The notes beneath the pieces are model-generated. The model did not search any database and was not told where the DNA came from. It saw only the letters and a list, made by a program, of their open reading frames with translations. A DNA stretch of 35,708 nucleotides from Candidatus Fermentithermobacillaceae bacterium UBA3907 (lineage in GTDB: Bacteria; Bacillota; Sulfobacillia; Fermentithermobacillales; Fermentithermobacillaceae), in contig DGFF01000024.1 in NCBI GenBank assembly GCA_002391545.1, positions 1 to 35,708 of the forward strand, read 5' to 3'. Position numbers and translations under genes: made by a program. This document shows, piece after piece, positions 1-9,257 of the stretch. The first letter of the stretch is position 1; each line of letters starts with the position of its first letter.

Positions 1-2181
1 AATGCAGTTTCCTTTGGATTGTTGCAATTTCTCCTCACTATCCCTGTAGTTTTTGTCAACCGAAAGTTTTACATATCAGGTTTTAGGGCCCTTTTTAGAG
101 GACACCCTAACATGGACTCCCTTATAGCTATAGGGTCGGGGGCGGCCTTGGCTTACGGGGTTTTTGCACTATTTAGGATGAGCTACGGATTAGGGCATTC
201 AGACTTTGTTCTGGTGTCTAGGTACTATCACGATCTTTACTTCGATTCTGCCGCCATGATTCTGACCCTCGTAACTGTGGGTAAGTACCTGGAGACTATA
301 TCCAAAGACAAGACAACTGATGCGGTAAAGCGGCTTATGGACCTTTCTCCTAAAGTAGCTACACTTGAGATGGATGGCGTAGAAGTTTTAGTTCCAGTGG
401 AGTCTGTAAAAGTAGGAGATATAGTCATAGTGAAGCCAGGTGAGGCTTTCCCTGTAGATGGCATAGTCTTAGAAGGAGAGTCTTACGTAGACGAATCTAT
501 GTTAACTGGCGAGAGCATCCCGAAAGAGAAACGTTCAGGCGATACAGTTGTAGGTGGCACTATAAATGGTTCTGGTGTCATAAAGTTTAGGGTTACGCAA
601 GTAGGCAGCGAAACTACACTGGCCAAGATTATACGTCTCGTAGAAGAAGCAAATGCTACCAAACCTCCTATAGCCAAGCTAGCCGACAAAATAAGCGGGG
701 TCTTTGTTCCTTTAGTTATGTGCATCGCATTAATTACAATGTTAGTCTGGCTTTATAAGGGTCAAAGTTTTGAGTTTTCCCTGTCTATGGCCATTTCAGT
801 TTTGGTCATATCGTGTCCGTGCGCTCTCGGTTTGGCTACTCCTGTGGCCATAATGGTAGGCACAGGCAAAGGCGCCCAATGCGGGATACTTATAAAATCG
901 GGGGAAGCGTTGGAAGGTTTGAGCTACGTAGATGTGGTAGTGATGGATAAGACTGGCACTATAACTGAGGGCAAACCCCGAGTCACAGATGTGATAACCT
1001 CTGCCCATGTTTTCGAGGAGGACCTGCTTTTGGTTTCAGCAGCCCTCGAGAAAAATTCTGAGCACCCAATTGCTCAACCTATTTTGAAGTATGCAAATGA
1101 AAAGGGGATAGACCTCAATGAGATAAAGGTAGAAGGCTTTAGGGCAGTAACAGGGTCAGGTGTCACTGGATATGTTGACGGGGTCTTTTGCGCAGGAGGA
1201 AACGAAAGGCTCATGAGAGATCTAGGGTTAAGTTTCTCATCTCTCACAGATAAGGCTGAGATGCTTTCTAAGGAAGGGAAGACGCCCCTTTACTTTGCAA
1301 GAGGAGGCGACATTTTAGGGATAATTGCAGTTTCTGACGTGCCCAAGGCTTCGAGTTTCCAGGCGATCAAGATTCTTAAGGAAATGGGACTCTATACGGT
1401 TATGCTCACAGGGGATAACACACAAGCTGCGGAGGCTATAGGTTCTTCAGTTGGGGTAGATGAAGTGTTTGCAGAAGTCCTCCCTCACGAGAAGGCCGAG
1501 ATAATTGAGGATCTTCAAAGCAAAGGTCATAAGGTTGCCATGATAGGAGATGGGATAAATGATGCCCCTGCTCTGGCTGCAGCCGATGTAGGTATAGCCA
1601 TAGGAGCTGGAACAGATGTGGCCATCGATTCTGCAGATGTGGTTTTGATAAGAAGCGATCTTTTGGATGCGGTAGGGGCTATAGAGCTGTCAGCGGCTAC
1701 CCTTAAAAACATAAAGCAGAATCTGTTTTGGGCCCTTTTTTACAATAGCGTTTGCATACCTATAGCAGCAGGGGTTTTGTACCCTCGATTTGGTCTAAAA
1801 CTTACTCCCATGATAGGTTCTGCTGCCATGAGCATGAGTTCTATATTCGTAGTAACGAACGCGCTGAGGCTAAGAAAGTTTGAGCCCAGCGTCATCAAAG
1901 AGGCCAATGGATTAACCTGTATAGGTTCATATATGGAAGGAGACGTAAATAGGGAAGGGGGTATAGAAATGAAAAAGAGGATTTACATTGAGGGTATGAT
2001 GTGTGAGCACTGCAAGATGCGGGTAGAAAACGCTTTAAACGGGATAGATGGCGTAATTGCGAAAGTTAACTTAGAGGGGAAGTATGCAGATGTGGAGATG
2101 TCAAGGGAAGTTGACGATGGAATCTTGAAGAAGGCAGTACAAGACGGAGGATATGATGTAGTTTCCATACAAACGCTGTAA
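1..2181 (+). CDS. copA: Cu(I)-translocating P1B-type ATPase with C-terminal HMA domain (5'-truncated by window edge)
   Basis: Frame is open from base 1. Motifs [30 protein letters not shown] and MSMSS; C-terminal GMMCEHC HMA motif; adjacent csoR. Confidence 0.95.
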   Translation, partial: NAVSFGLLQFLLTIPVVFVNRKFYISGFRALFRGHPNMDSLIAIGSGAALAYGVFALFRMSYGLGHSDFVLVSRYYHDLYFDSAAMILTLVTVGKYLETISKDKTTDAVKRLMDLSPKVATLEMDGVEVLVPVESVKVGDIVIVKPGEAFPVDGIVLEGESYVDESMLTGESIPKEKRSGDTVVGGTINGSGVIKFRVTQVGSETTLAKIIRLVEEANATKPPIAKLADKISGVFVPLVMCIALITMLVWLYKGQSFEFSLSMAISVLVISCPCALGLATPVAIMVGTGKGAQCGILIKSGEALEGLSYVDVVVMDKTGTITEGKPRVTDVITSAHVFEEDLLLVSAALEKNSEHPIAQPILKYANEKGIDLNEIKVEGFRAVTGSGVTGYVDGVFCAGGNERLMRDLGLSFSSLTDKAEMLSKEGKTPLYFARGGDILGIIAVSDVPKASSFQAIKILKEMGLYTVMLTGDNTQAAEAIGSSVGVDEVFAEVLPHEKAEIIEDLQSKGHKVAMIGDGINDAPALAAADVGIAIGAGTDVAIDSADVVLIRSDLLDAVGAIELSAATLKNIKQNLFWALFYNSVCIPIAAGVLYPRFGLKLTPMIGSAAMSMSSIFVVTNALRLRKFEPSVIKEANGLTCIGSYMEGDVNREGGIEMKKRIYIEGMMCEHCKMRVENALNGIDGVIAKVNLEGKYADVEMSREVDDGILKKAVQDGGYDVVSIQTL

Positions 2182-2194
2182 GGGAGGGTTAAGA

Positions 2195-2464
2195 TTGAGG
2201 GCAGATAAAGAGAGCGCTTTGAGAAAACTCAAGACTGTGCGCGGACAAATAGATGGGATCATCAAAATGGTGGAAGACGACAGGTATTGCATTGACATTT
2301 CTAACCAGCTTATGGCTTCCATAGCTATACTCAAAAACGTAAACAAAGAGGTGCTTGACGCACACCTGAGAAACTGCGTTTCAGAGGCTTTCGAGTCCCA
2401 AGACGAATCAGACAAGGCCCGGAAAATTGAGGAGATAATAAGCGTAATAGATAAGTTAATGTAA
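2195..2464 (+). CDS. csoR: CsoR/RcnR-family copper-sensing repressor
   Basis: 89 aa with LKTVRGQIDGIIKMVEDDRYCIDI and HLRNC (Cys-His-Cys ligands); GGAGGG RBS before TTG; directly after copA. Confidence 0.92.
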   Translation: MRADKESALRKLKTVRGQIDGIIKMVEDDRYCIDISNQLMASIAILKNVNKEVLDAHLRNCVSEAFESQDESDKARKIEEIISVIDKLM

Positions 2465-2667
2465 AAAAGGGTCAAGACACTCCAAATAACCCCAGAGATT
2501 GAAGGAATTAAGGCTAGGCGCGTAGAAAACTGATTAACATTACACGAAAGACGGTATAGAGCAGAAGATATTTTTACACAAAATTTGCTTTTGGCATATG
2601 GCTAAGGAGTTTAAGCTGAGACGTGCCTCTAATTGCAAAATTTTCTCAATATTGGTTTACACATGTG

Positions 2668-2709
2668 TTGACTGTTGTTTAATTCCTGTATAATATATTA
2701 ACAGGAATT
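2668..2709 (+). promoter_or_regulatory. Putative sigmaA promoter of the pil operon overlapped by a 29-bp near-palindrome
   Basis: TTGACT at 2668-2673. TATAAT at 2689-2694 (15-nt spacer) or TAATAT at 2691-2696 (17-nt spacer). Dyad AATTCCTGT-N11-ACAGGAATT at 2681-2709. Confidence 0.55.
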
Positions 2710-2750
2710 GTTCTGTTAAAAAACGGAAGGGGTAGAGGCTTTTAAGTGTT

Positions 2751-4427
2751 ATGCGAAAATCGAACCTAAAGATTGGGGAAATCCTTCTTTACGCTGGCAA
2801 GATTTCCCCTAATCAACTGGAATTAGCCCTTGCTGAACAAGAAACTTCCAACAAAAAGCTGGGCGAAATCCTTGTGGAAAAGGGCTGGGTTACACCTAAC
2901 GACATAGTCGAAGTCTTGGAATATCAGCTTGGCTTTCCGAGAGTAGACCTGACCAGGTACGAAATTAACCCACAAGTTGCCACCATGTTGCCGGAATCCA
3001 TTGCCCGAAGGCATAAAGTGGTACCTATAGACATAAAAGATGGGAAATTGGTAGTGGCCATGGTAGACCCCCTGAATTTCTATGCGGTAGATGACATAAA
3101 ACTCGTAACTAAGATGGATATTGAGCCTGTTATAGCTACTGAACCAGACGTAGAAGCCCTAATAAATAGATACTATACGGGGCACATGGCTAAAAGAGTG
3201 CTCGAGCAGATTCCAAACCACACGTATGACGAGTTAGATGAGGCTGAAGAGGAAGAAGCCGAAGTTGCTTCTGCCCCTGTGGTTAGGCTCATAAACTCCT
3301 TATTTGAACGGGCTGTTAGGATGAGGGCTTCCGATATCCATATAGAACCCTACACCGAGGATATTCGGGTAAGGTTCAGAATAGATGGGGATTTGACCGA
3401 GATAATGAGGCTCCCTAAGTCTAACCTTTCCGCCATAGTTACCAGGATAAAGATAATAGGCAGGATGAACATAGCGGAAAAGAGACTGCCCCAAGATGGC
3501 AGAGTTGAGACTAGCATTGATGGCAGGGAAATCGATATGCGGATTTCTTCCCTGCCAACTATATATGGGGAGAAATTGGTTATAAGGCTTTTAGATAAGT
3601 CGAGTTTTAATTTTACCAAAGAAAAACTGGGGTTTAGCGAGCATAACCTGGAGTTGTTTAATAACATTTTGAAGCAACCGTACGGGATGTTTTTGGCTAC
3701 TGGGCCTACTGGAAGCGGAAAAACTACGACCCTTTATACCGTTTTGAGGGAGCTAAACACAGTTGATAAGAACGTTATAACCATAGAAGATCCTGTCGAA
3801 TACAAACTAGAAGGCATAAACCAAGTTCAAGTAAACGTAAAGGCGGGACTTACTTTCGCGTCTGGTTTAAGGTCTATCCTGAGACAGGACCCTGACATAA
3901 TCATGATAGGCGAGATTAGGGATAATGAAACCGCTGAGATAGCCGTAAGGGCTGCTATAACTGGGCACCTCGTGCTTTCTACTTTGCACACCAATGATAG
4001 CCCTTCGACTATCGCTAGGCTCATAGATATGGGTATAGAGCCGTATATAGTTTCATCTGCTGTAGTCGGGATAGTTTCTCAGAGGCTCGTGAAGGTGCTT
4101 TGCCCTAAATGCAAGGAAAAATATTCAGCCACCTATGATGAAAAGAAGATGTTAGGGGCAGATGTAGGCCAAGATTTGGAACTTTACAGGCCTGTTGGTT
4201 GTAACGCCTGCAATGCTGGCTATAGGGGTAGGATGGCCGCAAGCGAGATAATGGCGATAAATGAGGAAATTAGGCGACTTATAGATGCAGGCGCTACTAC
4301 AGATGTAATTAGGCAAGCTGCGCTAAACGCCGGAATGGTTACCCTTTTCGAGTCGGCAGCTGATTTGGCGAAACAAGGCTTGACGAGCTTTGAGGAAGTA
4401 ATGCGGGTAAGTTTCACTCTCGGCTAA
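2751..4427 (+). CDS. pilB: Type IV pilus extension ATPase PilB with N-terminal MshEN-like domain
   Basis: ASDIHIEP, RLPQDG, Walker A GPTGSGKT, TIEDPVE, LRQDPDIIMIGEIRD, TGHLVLSTLHTN, CPKC..CNAC Zn site. Confidence 0.96.
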   Translation: MRKSNLKIGEILLYAGKISPNQLELALAEQETSNKKLGEILVEKGWVTPNDIVEVLEYQLGFPRVDLTRYEINPQVATMLPESIARRHKVVPIDIKDGKLVVAMVDPLNFYAVDDIKLVTKMDIEPVIATEPDVEALINRYYTGHMAKRVLEQIPNHTYDELDEAEEEEAEVASAPVVRLINSLFERAVRMRASDIHIEPYTEDIRVRFRIDGDLTEIMRLPKSNLSAIVTRIKIIGRMNIAEKRLPQDGRVETSIDGREIDMRISSLPTIYGEKLVIRLLDKSSFNFTKEKLGFSEHNLELFNNILKQPYGMFLATGPTGSGKTTTLYTVLRELNTVDKNVITIEDPVEYKLEGINQVQVNVKAGLTFASGLRSILRQDPDIIMIGEIRDNETAEIAVRAAITGHLVLSTLHTNDSPSTIARLIDMGIEPYIVSSAVVGIVSQRLVKVLCPKCKEKYSATYDEKKMLGADVGQDLELYRPVGCNACNAGYRGRMAASEIMAINEEIRRLIDAGATTDVIRQAALNAGMVTLFESAADLAKQGLTSFEEVMRVSFTLG

Positions 4428-4431
4428 GGAG

Positions 4432-5493
4432 ATGAAGCTTGTGGATGTACATCAAATCATTACGGAAGGCTGTAGAAGGCTTGCTTCCGATGTTCACATA
4501 ACTGTCGGCGTGCCACCTATCTTTAGGGTAAACGGGGAGTTAGTTAAATATGGGGAAGTCCCGCTTACTCCTTCTGACACTGAGGAGTTTGTGCGCCAGG
4601 TTATGACCGACGGGCAATTTGAAAAACTTCTTGAGCGGGGGGATTTGGATTTTTCCTATTCTCTTCCTGGGTACAGCAGGTTTAGGGTGAATGCTTATAA
4701 GCAAAGGGGAAGCTTTGGGATGGCGCTTAGGATCATCCCTTACGGCATACCAACTATGGAATCTTTGAATCTTCCGCCTGTCATAGGAGAGCTTACTCAC
4801 TTGGCTCGAGGGTTGATCTTGGTAACTGGTCCTACTGGTACAGGAAAAACCACTACTTTGGCTACTATGATAGACAAAATAAACGCGGAAAAAGCTTGTC
4901 ACATAGTTACTCTTGAAGACCCCATCGAATATCTCCACAGACACAACAAATCCATAGTCAATCAGAGGGAAATTGGCACCGATGCTACCGATTTTGCCAG
5001 AGGGCTTAGGGCTGCTTTGCGCCAGGATCCAGATGTGATTTTAGTTGGGGAAATGCGAGATTTGGATACTATTTCTATAGCGGTTACCGCTGCGGAAACT
5101 GGACACTTAGTCCTTTCTACTTTGCATACCATGGGTGCGGCTGAGACCATCGATAGGATAGTCGACGTTTTTCCTCCGTATCAGCAGGGTCAAATACGTG
5201 TGCAGCTTGCTTCAGTGCTTCAGGCAGTAATAACACAGCAGCTTTTGATGAGATCGGATGGAAAGGGTAGGATCCCTGCCCTTGAAATTATGATTGCAAC
5301 TCCTGCAATTAGGAACATGATAAGAGAAGAAAAAACGCACCAGATACACACTGCAATAAAGACAGGTTCGAAATACAATATGCAGACCATGGACGATTCC
5401 CTTTTGTCGCTCTACAACAGAGGTTTCATTTCCAGGGATGAACTATTATCCCATGCCATTGATCAAGAAGAAGTTAAAAAGTACGTTCTTTAG
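4432..5493 (+). CDS. pilT: Type IV pilus retraction ATPase PilT
   Basis: GPTGTGKT, LEDPIE, ALRQDPD, AAETGHLV and the PilT-diagnostic AIRNMIRE motif; 353 aa. Confidence 0.96.
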   Translation: MKLVDVHQIITEGCRRLASDVHITVGVPPIFRVNGELVKYGEVPLTPSDTEEFVRQVMTDGQFEKLLERGDLDFSYSLPGYSRFRVNAYKQRGSFGMALRIIPYGIPTMESLNLPPVIGELTHLARGLILVTGPTGTGKTTTLATMIDKINAEKACHIVTLEDPIEYLHRHNKSIVNQREIGTDATDFARGLRAALRQDPDVILVGEMRDLDTISIAVTAAETGHLVLSTLHTMGAAETIDRIVDVFPPYQQGQIRVQLASVLQAVITQQLLMRSDGKGRIPALEIMIATPAIRNMIREEKTHQIHTAIKTGSKYNMQTMDDSLLSLYNRGFISRDELLSHAIDQEEVKKYVL

Positions 5494-5504
5494 GTGGTGA
5501 CGCC

Positions 5505-6704
5505 ATGAAGTACAAGTATGTGGCGGTGACTGATACTGGCTTCAAAGTTACAGGTTCGGTTGAGGCCAACAGCGAAACGGATGTCGTAAACATGCTGAGG
5601 GGCAACCAATATTTCCCTATTTCAGTGGAAAGGGATATCAGCGCTGAGGCTGGCATCGAGCTTTTTGCGCCTAAGGTTACCAAGAAAGATCTTGCAGTTT
5701 TCTGTAAGCAGTTTCACACCATGCTCGACGCTGGACTGAGCATAGTAAGGTGTCTGGATGTTTTGGCGGCGCAAACTGAAAACAAAACTCTTAAAAAGGC
5801 CATTTCTTTGGTCGCAGATAACGTGCAAAAAGGTATGACGCTTTCTGAGGCTATGGCACTTCAACCTAAGGTGTTCCCAAAGATTTTGGTGAACATGGTA
5901 GAAGCAGGGGAAGTGAGCGGGGATCTAGATGGGATTCTGGAGAAAATGGCTGTTCATTTTGAGAAAGAAAACAAGATTGAAAGTAAGGTTAAGAGCTCTA
6001 CTGTTTATCCCATAGCCCTTCTCGTCGTTACAATTTGCGTTGTCGTATTTATGATCGTGTTCGTGCTTCCTACGTTCATAAGCATGTTTGAAGGGAGCGG
6101 TACTGAGCTTCCAGGGGCTACTCAGCTTTTGATTAACCTTTCTAATTCTATGAGGTCTAAGTGGTATGTGTATTTAGGGGTGGTTACAGCGGTAGTTTTA
6201 GGTGTTAAAGCATTTACCAGCTCTGAGAGGGGAAGGCGGACTTTTGATTTTATAAAGCTTAAACTCCCTGTGATTAGTACAACTACTGTAAAGGTGGTCA
6301 CATCTAGATTTACCAGGACATTGTCTACTTTGATAAGTTCTGGCATTCCCCTCCTTAGGTCTATGGAGGTTGTTTCGAAAGTTGTTGATAACAGCGTTGT
6401 AGAACAAAGGATTAAGGACAGCATAGAAGACATCCGTAGAGGAATTCCCCTTTCAAGGGCGGTAAAGGAGGTGGGATTATTTCCCCCAATGGTCGATTCT
6501 ATGATCAGAATTGGGGAGGAGTCGGGCGCGTTAGATGACATTTTGCTTAAGACGGCAGACTTTTACGATGAAGAGGTTGAAGTAGCGTTAACCAGGATGA
6601 CGACCCTTATTGAGCCGATAATGATAGTTTTCATGGCGCTTATTATCGGATTCATCGTCATCGCAATGTACATGCCGATGTTTGAAGTTATTACGACGAT
6701 CTAG
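5505..6704 (+). CDS. pilC: Type IV pilus platform protein PilC (T2SS F family)
   Basis: Two T2SSF repeats (AGEVSGDLD, IGEESGALD), three TM segments, C-terminal IEP..AMYMPMF. Confidence 0.95.
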   Translation: MKYKYVAVTDTGFKVTGSVEANSETDVVNMLRGNQYFPISVERDISAEAGIELFAPKVTKKDLAVFCKQFHTMLDAGLSIVRCLDVLAAQTENKTLKKAISLVADNVQKGMTLSEAMALQPKVFPKILVNMVEAGEVSGDLDGILEKMAVHFEKENKIESKVKSSTVYPIALLVVTICVVVFMIVFVLPTFISMFEGSGTELPGATQLLINLSNSMRSKWYVYLGVVTAVVLGVKAFTSSERGRRTFDFIKLKLPVISTTTVKVVTSRFTRTLSTLISSGIPLLRSMEVVSKVVDNSVVEQRIKDSIEDIRRGIPLSRAVKEVGLFPPMVDSMIRIGEESGALDDILLKTADFYDEEVEVALTRMTTLIEPIMIVFMALIIGFIVIAMYMPMFEVITTI

Positions 6705-6731
6705 CAACAAAAAGTAGGAGGAGGTTCACAC

Positions 6732-7151
6732 ATGAACAAAGAGGTTCAGAGAAAGAGGAATCGTAAAGGCTTTACCCTTATCGAACTGGTTGTGGTCGTA
6801 GCTATCATTGGTATCTTGGCTGCTATTGCTATACCGAGATATTTGGCTGCACAGGAGAATGCTAGGAAGAGTGCGCATGAGGCAAATATAGCTACTCTTA
6901 GGAGCGCTGCGGCGATAGCTCTGGCTGAAAATGGGCCGCCAAGCACGACTGTGACGTGGACCAAAGCAGAGTTTGAGTCGGGCGAACACAGTGAGTTGGA
7001 CGATTGGAGACCTTCGCTATATGTAGAACAGTGGCCTGACGATCCGTGGAAGCGGACCGATCAAGCGTATACAGTTAATATTCAGGAAGAAACCGGGGAG
7101 ATTACGGTCACCGGAGTCACTGTGCCAGGCGAAGAAGAAACAACACCATAG
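6732..7151 (+). CDS. pilA: Probable major type IV pilin
   Basis: Class III signal RKG|FTLIELVVVVAIIGILAAIAIP with E5 and P22; 139 aa; very strong RBS AGGAGGAGG. Confidence 0.88.
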   Translation: MNKEVQRKRNRKGFTLIELVVVVAIIGILAAIAIPRYLAAQENARKSAHEANIATLRSAAAIALAENGPPSTTVTWTKAEFESGEHSELDDWRPSLYVEQWPDDPWKRTDQAYTVNIQEETGEITVTGVTVPGEEETTP

Positions 7152-7224
7152 TGATATCTGTGAGTCAGTTGGAGTCTCCATAGTGAAGAGGTCTATATTT
7201 CTGTAACAAAGAAAGGGTGGAACC

Positions 7225-7698
7225 ATGAGAGCTGGATCTTCTCCCACGAACCGAAAAGGTCAAGTGATGGTATGGGTACTCATTGCTTTCATGGTTCTCA
7301 CCCTCCTTATGACATCTATGGCGTTTGTAGTTAGACAGGGTATCTTCGAAACTCAAAAGCAAGAAGAAAGATTGCAGACCTATTACGTTGCCCTTTCGGG
7401 AATTGATTTGGTTTATGCTGCGCTAATGGATCCTACGTATAATCCAAAATATATAGAGGTTGCGATCTCAAGTGCTAAAGCTAAGCCCATCACTGAAACC
7501 ATAGCAGTGGAAATAGGTGGTAAGCAAGTTGGAACCGCCGAGATAATAATCGATATTATCACAGATGAAGAAAGCGTTTCGTGGTTGAGAATAAGGTCTA
7601 CAGGCCAGCTTACGGGAAAGGATACTAAAGTTACCACGACTATGAGGATAAACACGCGTAACTTTAACCAGGTAGTTCGGGAAAAAGTTACCAACTAA
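7225..7698 (+). CDS. Minor pilin lacking E5 (PilX/GspK-like)
   Basis: NRKG|QVMVWVLIAF hydrophobic helix with Trp at +5; QTYYVALSGI resembles the PilX N-terminal xAYYxAxxG motif; IRSTG near the C-terminus. Confidence 0.7.
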   Translation: MRAGSSPTNRKGQVMVWVLIAFMVLTLLMTSMAFVVRQGIFETQKQEERLQTYYVALSGIDLVYAALMDPTYNPKYIEVAISSAKAKPITETIAVEIGGKQVGTAEIIIDIITDEESVSWLRIRSTGQLTGKDTKVTTTMRINTRNFNQVVREKVTN

Positions 7699-7714
7699 AA
7701 AGGAGGGGAGGGAG

Positions 7715-9244
7715 ATGGATCGTAGGAACATTCGGAGAAAGGGTTTCACCTTGGTTGAACTTGTGATCGTACTAGGACTTGCCAGCGTTATAATCCTTGG
7801 AAGTGTCAATCTAGTGCTCCTTGGGACTAGAACCCAGAAAGTTACAGTAGATGAGTACACACTTCAATCAGGGATAAGGCGGGCGACAGAACAGGTAAAC
7901 CAGATAGTTAGGTATTCCAAAGCGGTTTTTGCGGTCCCCAAGACCTTTAACGAAAGTGCTTCTGTTATGGATCCTGGCTGGAACTATTTAATGGTCTCAC
8001 ATGATAAAAAAAGCATTGTTATAATGCGATACAATGACGAGACTGGCGAATGGGTAGAAGAAACTGTGGTAGAACCGGTGGAGAACATATTGTTTGACCT
8101 GCGTTTTTACAAAGATGAGGATGCAGGTTCAGATACGGTGATGAAATATGTGATAAGCGCATACTTTACTGACAGCAAGGGGCAAATAACTGCGGAGAAG
8201 GCATTGTTCGAATCCACAGTTGAAGCGGTTAACTCAGTGCAGGTGGTTGGCAAAGGGACAGTGGCATCACCTTCAATAGCTTTGGCATTTAGAGGTGACG
8301 GGCAGACATCGGGACGTGGCAAGAACGAAATCGCGTACATCACTATCGTAGTAGACGTATCCGGCAGTATGAACCTGACCCCGGATGGGAAAGGCAAGAC
8401 TAACAAAGAAAGAACTGATTCTCGTATAGCATACCTTCGCAAAGCGCTAGTTGGAGACCAGAACAACCCAGAGCCTGGAATAATTCAAATGTTTGCAAAA
8501 GAAGAGAATATTTTCGTTTCGCTAATTCCATTTTCTACTACTGCAAATCATCCCAATCCAATCGCTTACAGCGCTAGTGGGGGAGATTACAAGATATATG
8601 AGGTCTACCAAAAAGCGCAAGGAAAGGAGCTAATCGAAAAGGTAAAAGCGCTTAAGGCATATGGTGGAACAAACACAGGTGACGCTTTGAGAAGGGCCTA
8701 CTACATGCATAGTGATTTCAGGGCTAAGATGCGCATCGATGAGAAGACCAGAGTCCACCACTATATGATAGTTTTGGTTGATGGTGAAACAACGTATGAG
8801 GTTGAAGAAGGTAATTGGGAAAAGCGCTATGACCCTAAACATGATTCTTATTATTGGGCGTTTTCCTCTATTGGCAAATATTACTTGGATAAAGGAAACA
8901 TTAAGACTGTCCGTAGCATGTATTCATATACTTCAAATCCAGGGGTAGCCTATGCCATAACAGGAGACGGCAACACGGATATCTACAACAGTCCACACGT
9001 TTCTGCAGCAGGAGCCCTCATAAATAGCTTTGAAGAAGGGACCGGGATTAGAAGCTATCTAATTGGTTATGCCGCCGATCTAAGTACACACGTTGATTTT
9101 ATCGGTAATGCCATCGGGACTGATCCTGACCATATCTACAGATACGACGACGAGGACTTCGATCTAGAAGAAGTATTTAAAAGTATTGCCAACGATATCA
9201 TGGCTGACTTCTGGATACTTTCGGGGCCTCAAATAATGAAGTAG
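7715..9244 (+). CDS. Large minor pilin with C-terminal von Willebrand factor A domain
   Basis: RKG|FTLVEL signal; MIDAS elements VVDVSGSM, GGTNTGDAL and VLVDGE. Confidence 0.85.
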   Translation: MDRRNIRRKGFTLVELVIVLGLASVIILGSVNLVLLGTRTQKVTVDEYTLQSGIRRATEQVNQIVRYSKAVFAVPKTFNESASVMDPGWNYLMVSHDKKSIVIMRYNDETGEWVEETVVEPVENILFDLRFYKDEDAGSDTVMKYVISAYFTDSKGQITAEKALFESTVEAVNSVQVVGKGTVASPSIALAFRGDGQTSGRGKNEIAYITIVVDVSGSMNLTPDGKGKTNKERTDSRIAYLRKALVGDQNNPEPGIIQMFAKEENIFVSLIPFSTTANHPNPIAYSASGGDYKIYEVYQKAQGKELIEKVKALKAYGGTNTGDALRRAYYMHSDFRAKMRIDEKTRVHHYMIVLVDGETTYEVEEGNWEKRYDPKHDSYYWAFSSIGKYYLDKGNIKTVRSMYSYTSNPGVAYAITGDGNTDIYNSPHVSAAGALINSFEEGTGIRSYLIGYAADLSTHVDFIGNAIGTDPDHIYRYDDEDFDLEEVFKSIANDIMADFWILSGPQIMK

Positions 9245-9257
9245 CGGGGGTTTGCAC

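Noticed and set aside
2681-2709. dif site (AT-rich core with TTCCT arm)
   Set aside because: The right arm lacks the XerD-type TTATGT(T/A)AA sequence; a symmetric operator fits better.
2465-2750. c-di-GMP riboswitch upstream of pilB
   Set aside because: No recognisable class I or class II motif by eye; an Infernal search would be needed to exclude it fully.
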